NCBI RefSeq assembly: GCF_000195955.2
Contig: NC_000962.3
Coordinates: forward strand, 2,550,001 to 2,582,000
DNA from: Mycobacterium tuberculosis H37Rv
GTDB taxonomy: Bacteria; Actinomycetota; Actinomycetes; Mycobacteriales; Mycobacteriaceae
Direction: 5' to 3'
Length of the DNA: 32,000 nt
Each line of letters opens with the position of its first letter. The stretch's first letter is position 1. The translations under genes and the position numbers were made by a program. Positions 28,853 through 32,000 of this stretch are shown one piece after another. The notes beneath the pieces were generated by a model. It was not told the origin of the DNA and did not search any database. It saw only the letters and a list, made by a program, of their open reading frames with translations.

Positions 28853-29197
28853 TCACGCCAACCAGCTCAGTACACCGCCGTGGCGCGAACACGTGCCTGA
28901 CCGGTGTGTGCTGAACGAGTACGACCCGTCCCTACAAATTGCGGTGGCGCCGGGTGGCGCCCCCGAACCTGGCGGCACTTGCCGGGGAGCAGGTATGCAC
29001 TGACCGTCCACGTTCTCGTAGTAGCCGCTAGGACAGGCAAACACCGAAGTCGGCGTCGACGGAGAAATGGCCGGGACGAAGCCGAAACCAACTGCCGCCG
29101 CAACAACGCCGACGGCAAACCGCCTCCGAGCAGACACTGCTAGCCTTCGATCATCACGCTTACGACTCCGCGTCCCAGCAAAGCGTACCGAGTACAT
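28853..29197 (-). CDS. Small secreted protein with a C-terminal DUF3761-like domain
   Basis: The C-terminus GATAICRDGSYSFSTHRSGTCSRHGGVLSWL matches my memory of the DUF3761 consensus (C.DG.YS.S....GTCS.HGGV). The N-terminus has a twin-Arg-like SARRRFAVGVVAAAVGF. GTG 29137, preceded by gaagg, is an alternative start. Confidence 0.7.
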   Translation of the reverse strand: MYSVRFAGTRSRKRDDRRLAVSARRRFAVGVVAAAVGFGFVPAISPSTPTSVFACPSGYYENVDGQCIPAPRQVPPGSGAPPGATAICRDGSYSFSTHRSGTCSRHGGVLSWLA

Positions 29198-29235
29198 CGC
29201 CAGCCGGGAAGGGATATGGTCCCGCGACTAGCGGA

Positions 29236-29496
29236 TCAGCAGAGTGCGCAGTTCCAGTGCTCTGGCAAACCAACACGTATTGCTCGCCGATCCAACATAT
29301 TCGTTGAACCTTGAGAAAGGCTTGCGGCGCATCGCCCAGCCCAGCGCCACTGCCACCACGGGAGGAGAAATCCAACCGTCACCACGACACCACGGATAGC
29401 GAAGATCAACAAATGCCACCCACGTTCGGGCGCACCAAGGAAGCCACCGTCGCGATACTTACCTATCGTTGCATCCGTTCTGGCGATATTTTTCAA
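29236..29496 (-). CDS. Possible small membrane protein (86 aa), low confidence
   Basis: An ORF in the AT-richer islet with AT-rich codons (atg aaa aat atc ...) and one hydrophobic stretch (WHLLIFAIRGVVVTVGFLLPWW). I see no recognisable domain or clear SD. Confidence 0.25.
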   Translation of the reverse strand: MKNIARTDATIGKYRDGGFLGAPERGWHLLIFAIRGVVVTVGFLLPWWQWRWAGRCAASLSQGSTNMLDRRAIRVGLPEHWNCALC

Positions 29497-29503
29497 CTCG
29501 CAT

Positions 29504-29836
29504 TCATGCGCCCCCTCCGCAAGAGCCGGGAGCGGCTAATGGTGGCACCGGGCTACCATCGTCAATAACACACGACAAGGTAAGCGTCGTACCAACAAAC
29601 GGCGCTGGTACCCGCACTTGATGCCAATAGCTGCCGTCTGGATATCTGATTCCGTCACAATATCCCCACCCGGTAATCCCACCAAAGCCACCGCCAGGGC
29701 AATATCCCATCGCACTATTCGGCATGTGCGGATCTTGTCCCGGCGGTGGCGCGGGTTCGGCGTTGGCAGAAACCATAGAAAATTCAACTGCCATAGTCAA
29801 TGTACCGATTGCGATAGCAATACTATTTTTATACAT
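29504..29836 (-). CDS. Small secreted Cys/Gly/Pro-rich protein, unknown family
   Basis: The frame is open to 29935. ATG 29836 gives a classical signal peptide MYKNSIAIAIGTLTMAVEFSMVSANA|EPAPPP. The mature part has 4 Cys (YCPGGGFGG..GYCDG..LSCV..GSCGGGA). This is the locally lowest-GC DNA. Confidence 0.6.
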   Translation of the reverse strand: MYKNSIAIAIGTLTMAVEFSMVSANAEPAPPPGQDPHMPNSAMGYCPGGGFGGITGWGYCDGIRYPDGSYWHQVRVPAPFVGTTLTLSCVIDDGSPVPPLAAPGSCGGGA

Positions 29837-30037
29837 TTTCTCAACACCTGAATTCATTCGTGTGGGGAATGCAGCCTTTTGGCCCCCACATGCCCGGTGT
29901 CCCATCGCTGGCGGGCCAGTAGGGACTTCTTCCACGGCCGGAAGATCATTGCGCGTTGGTTGTGCGAGCGGGCGGCTGACGGCTTCGCATAATGGCGTGG
30001 ACGGGCTGTCATCGTTGTCCCTCAGCGCTACAACAAG

Positions 30038-30253
30038 TCAGGGAAACTCTTCACAGGCGGTGCCGTCGTCGCCGTGGTCGAGGCCAAGACGGTAACCCGG
30101 CTCACCCCATAGAGCGGGGCCACCCCCGCGTCCCGCCTTGCAGTTCTGGTAGTACCGGAACCACGCGGGTATCGGCGTTGGGGCTGCATGAGCCACAGGT
30201 GGCGCCACATCGCCGACCGCGATCACAGCTGCGAGGACCGGTGGACGCTGCAT
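30038..30253 (-). CDS. Small secreted Excalibur-like (Ca-binding) domain protein
   Basis: 71 aa with signal-like MQRPPVLAAVIAVGDVAPPVAHA. YQNCKAGRGGGPALWGEPGYRLGLDHGDDGTACE matches the Excalibur pattern (NC...G..PI..G.PGY...LDRDGDG.ACE). Confidence 0.7.
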   Translation of the reverse strand: MQRPPVLAAVIAVGDVAPPVAHAAPTPIPAWFRYYQNCKAGRGGGPALWGEPGYRLGLDHGDDGTACEEFP

Positions 30254-30372
30254 GATGAGCCCTACGTGTAGTACCAGACGGCTTTGGTTGTGACTGGCTG
30301 GTCAGTCGCGTAAACCGTGGACCTGGCTACTGCTGAAAGTACCATGACGCGGGGCAACGAAACAGCAGCAAC

Positions 30373-30397
30373 GTCGACAGACAGCGGAACTGTCGGC
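30373..30397. promoter_or_regulatory. Inverted repeat cgacag-N9-ctgtcg upstream of the DUF433/HTH gene (candidate operator)
   Basis: The perfect 6-bp arms are 30375-30380 and 30390-30395, extendable to 7/8. The repeat ends 21 nt before ATG 30419. Confidence 0.3.
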
Positions 30398-30418
30398 TAC
30401 CGCCGATAACGTTGTGTC

Positions 30419-31135
30419 ATGCGTGCGGACATGTCCGTCACCTCGATGCTCGACCGAGAGGTCTACGTATACGCCGAGGTCGATAAGCTGATCGGCCTCC
30501 CCGCCGGCACCGCGAAGCGGTGGATCAACGGCTACGAGCGTGGCGGCAAAGATCACCCGCCGATCCTCCGCGTCACGCCGGGAGCTACGCCGTGGGTTAC
30601 GTGGGGCGAGTTCGTCGAGACTCGCATGCTTGCTGAATACCGCGACCGCCGGAAAGTGCCAATAGTGCGGCAGCGCGCAGCGATTGAAGAACTGCGTGCG
30701 CGGTTCAATCTCCGATACCCGCTGGCACATCTGCGGCCGTTCTTGTCAACGCACGAGCGGGATCTGACGATGGGCGGCGAGGAGATTGGTCTGCCGGATG
30801 CGGAAGTGACGATCCGTACTGGGCAAGCGTTGCTTGGTGATGCCCGGTGGCTCGCCAGCATCGCGACACCCGGTCGGGATGAGGTTGGCGAAGCCGTGAT
30901 CGTCGAACTGCCCGTCGACAAGGCCTTTCCCGAAATCGTCATCAACCCAAGCCGATATAGCGGGCAGCCCACGTTCGTTGGGCGTCGTGTGTCGCCGGTG
31001 ACGATCGCCCAAATGGTAGACGGCGGTGAGGAACGCGAGGACCTGGCCGCCGACTACGGTCTCAGCCTGAAGCAGATTCAAGACGCAATCGACTACACCA
31101 AGAAGTACCGGCTGGCCCGACTGGTGGCGGCATAA
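30419..31135 (+). CDS. HTH + DUF433 domain protein (VapB45-like antitoxin-type)
   Basis: 238 aa. The N-terminal part is HTH-like ([26 protein letters not shown]). The C-terminus [48 protein letters not shown] matches the DUF433 pattern. Recalled as Rv2308, a paralogue of Rv2018. Confidence 0.88.
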   Translation: MRADMSVTSMLDREVYVYAEVDKLIGLPAGTAKRWINGYERGGKDHPPILRVTPGATPWVTWGEFVETRMLAEYRDRRKVPIVRQRAAIEELRARFNLRYPLAHLRPFLSTHERDLTMGGEEIGLPDAEVTIRTGQALLGDARWLASIATPGRDEVGEAVIVELPVDKAFPEIVINPSRYSGQPTFVGRRVSPVTIAQMVDGGEEREDLAADYGLSLKQIQDAIDYTKKYRLARLVAA

Positions 31136-31144
31136 GGCCCGGCG

Positions 31145-31637
31145 ATGCTCGAAGTCGACAAAGTCACCCATGTTGTCGATGAAAACCTGCTTCGGCTTGG
31201 TGTGGCCTTGTCGCCGTCAGAAAAGACACGGCCCGGTTTGGCCGCCCGCCCGTCGACGACCTGCTACCGCAAGGCATCCTCGACACCGACTGGATCCCCA
31301 TCGTCGGGGGTCGGGTGGGTGGTCATCAGCAACGACAGGCATCTCCGGACGCGGCCAGTGGAGGCCGAGCTGGCGGTCGCCCACAAGCTCAAAGTCGTGC
31401 ACTTGCATGGCCGTGTGGGCGGACTAGTCCGCGTGGGCACAGCTGACGCGGCTGGCTGCGCGGTGGCCGGCCATTGAGCACCAATATGAGAAGGCACCGG
31501 AAGGGCCTTGGTGGTTGTCGGTGCGGAGGAGCAGGACCGCCGTAATGGAGTTCGCGCCCGGCGCCGTCGACACCATAGCGTCGGACAACATGGCTGCCCA
31601 AAATGTCCACGATACGGCTGTGAAGACCTCGAGGTGA
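31145..31637 (+). pseudogene. Decayed PIN-like (DUF5615/Mut7-C-type) nuclease gene, putative toxin partner of the DUF433 gene
   Basis: It starts 9 nt after the DUF433 stop. Homology-like sequence hops between frames. Frame of 31145 gives MLEVDKVTHVVDENLLRLG. Frame +2 from ~31205 gives LVAVRKDTARFGRPPVDDLLPQGILDTDWIPIVGG. It returns to the first frame at the G5 run 31306-31310, giving GWVVISNDRHLRTRPVEAELAVAHKLKVVHLHG. A third frame after ~31425, which carries an in-frame tag at 31425-31427, gives SAWAQLTRLAARWPAIEHQYEKAPEGPWWLSV... and ends at tga 31635-31637. Confidence 0.55.
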
Positions 31638-31763
31638 TGGCCGAAAGGTGACCACCTCGCAGTGGTAGGACGACAGCGACCCGATCGAAGGCAATGCCGC
31701 CGCATCGAGCGCGACTTTGGGCATGACAGGATTTCGAGTAAGCGCATCAACGTGTCCGAAATG

Positions 31764-31837
31764 TGGGGCGGGCGGGGCTCGAACCCGCGACCAACGGATT
31801 ATGAGTCCGCGGCTCTAACCAACTGAGCTACCGCCCC
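31764..31837 (-). tRNA. tRNA with CAU anticodon (Met elongator, or Ile2 if lysidine-modified)
   Basis: I folded the cloverleaf by hand from the reverse complement. Acceptor GGGGCGG/CCGCCCC, D-arm GCTC-AGTTGGTTA-GAGC, anticodon arm GCGGA-CTCATAA-TCCGT, variable TGGTC, T-arm GCGGG-TTCGAGC-CCCGC, discriminator A. CCA is not encoded. It is not initiator-like, because the anticodon stem lacks the 3 G-C pairs. Confidence 0.95.
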
Positions 31838-31842
31838 TTGTG

Positions 31843-32000
31843 CTAACTAGCTGCAGATATGTTCTCCACCGCGACTGAATCAGGGTCGGAATACCGCAGT
31901 GATGCCGCAGCACTCTTGATGGCCTGCACAAGCAAACCTGCCACGCCCGCCAGGTCGTCGCTGAGCAGGTGGCCATGGCGGTCCAAGGTCATGGCCGCTG
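31843..32000 (-). CDS. C-terminal end of a tyrosine recombinase (phage-type integrase); the gene continues beyond the window
   Basis: The reverse-strand frame reads AAMTLDRHGHLLSDDLAGVAGLLVQAIKSAAASLRYSDPDSVAVENISAAS-stop, with the stop at 31843-31845. ..TLD.(Y)GHL.. is the C-terminal catalytic-Tyr motif of tyrosine integrases, but here the Tyr position is His. The stop lies 5 nt from the tRNA 5' end. Confidence 0.75.
   Translation of the reverse strand, partial: AAMTLDRHGHLLSDDLAGVAGLLVQAIKSAAASLRYSDPDSVAVENISAAS

Noticed and set aside
28831-28880. Further tRNA-like snippets downstream of the att-like repeat: aaccagcaaccgcccca, and aaccagctcagtacaccgcc resembling the D-arm/acceptor of the tRNA.
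   Set aside because: The matches are short, need several indels, and are spaced about 100 nt from the T-arm-like block instead of about 20 nt. ccgcccc-type heptamers are common in this GC-rich genome. This is not enough to claim a full pseudo-tRNA.
31389-31750. Two overlapping minus-strand ORFs (111 and 108 aa) next to the tRNA, considered as integrase or excisionase fragments.
   Set aside because: Their translations have no recombinase or HTH motifs. They lie antisense to the better-supported frameshifted PIN-like gene, and their composition looks like GC-driven noise.

Overview
This is a high-GC actinobacterial chromosome segment. I recognise it from memory of the sequence families, not from any search, as Mycobacterium tuberculosis complex with the H37Rv-type gene order Rv2278 to Rv2309c. 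A complete IS6110 sits at the left edge. About 30 chromosomal genes follow: FAD-linked oxidase, pitB, a LysR regulator, lipM esterase, a WS/DGAT acyltransferase, a DsbA-like protein, the yjcE Na+/H+ antiporter, cdh, lppO, sseB rhodanese, a PatB-like aminotransferase, a CbrC-family protein, a haloalkane dehalogenase, an aldo-keto reductase, htpG, an MBL-fold hydrolase, cutinase cut2, an amidohydrolase, a stand-alone condensation-domain protein and an alpha/beta hydrolase. I saw no rRNA and no CRISPR array. Three genes look decayed: a split secreted nucleosidase, a TVP38/DedA-type membrane protein and a PIN-like nuclease. The most interesting part is the right-hand ~3 kb (about 28.7-31.85 kb). 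It is an AT-richer islet lying between a tRNA(CAU) gene, which has an adjacent tyrosine-integrase remnant, and a degenerate direct copy of the tRNA 3' half. The islet carries three small secreted Cys-containing proteins (DUF3761-like, unknown, Excalibur-like). It also carries a DUF433/HTH antitoxin-like gene followed by a multiply frameshifted PIN-like toxin gene. A small secreted (Pro-Gly-Gly)n repeat protein near 25.4 kb is also worth a second look. I found no convincing evidence for a large, intact, novel multi-gene system, and the scores reflect that.
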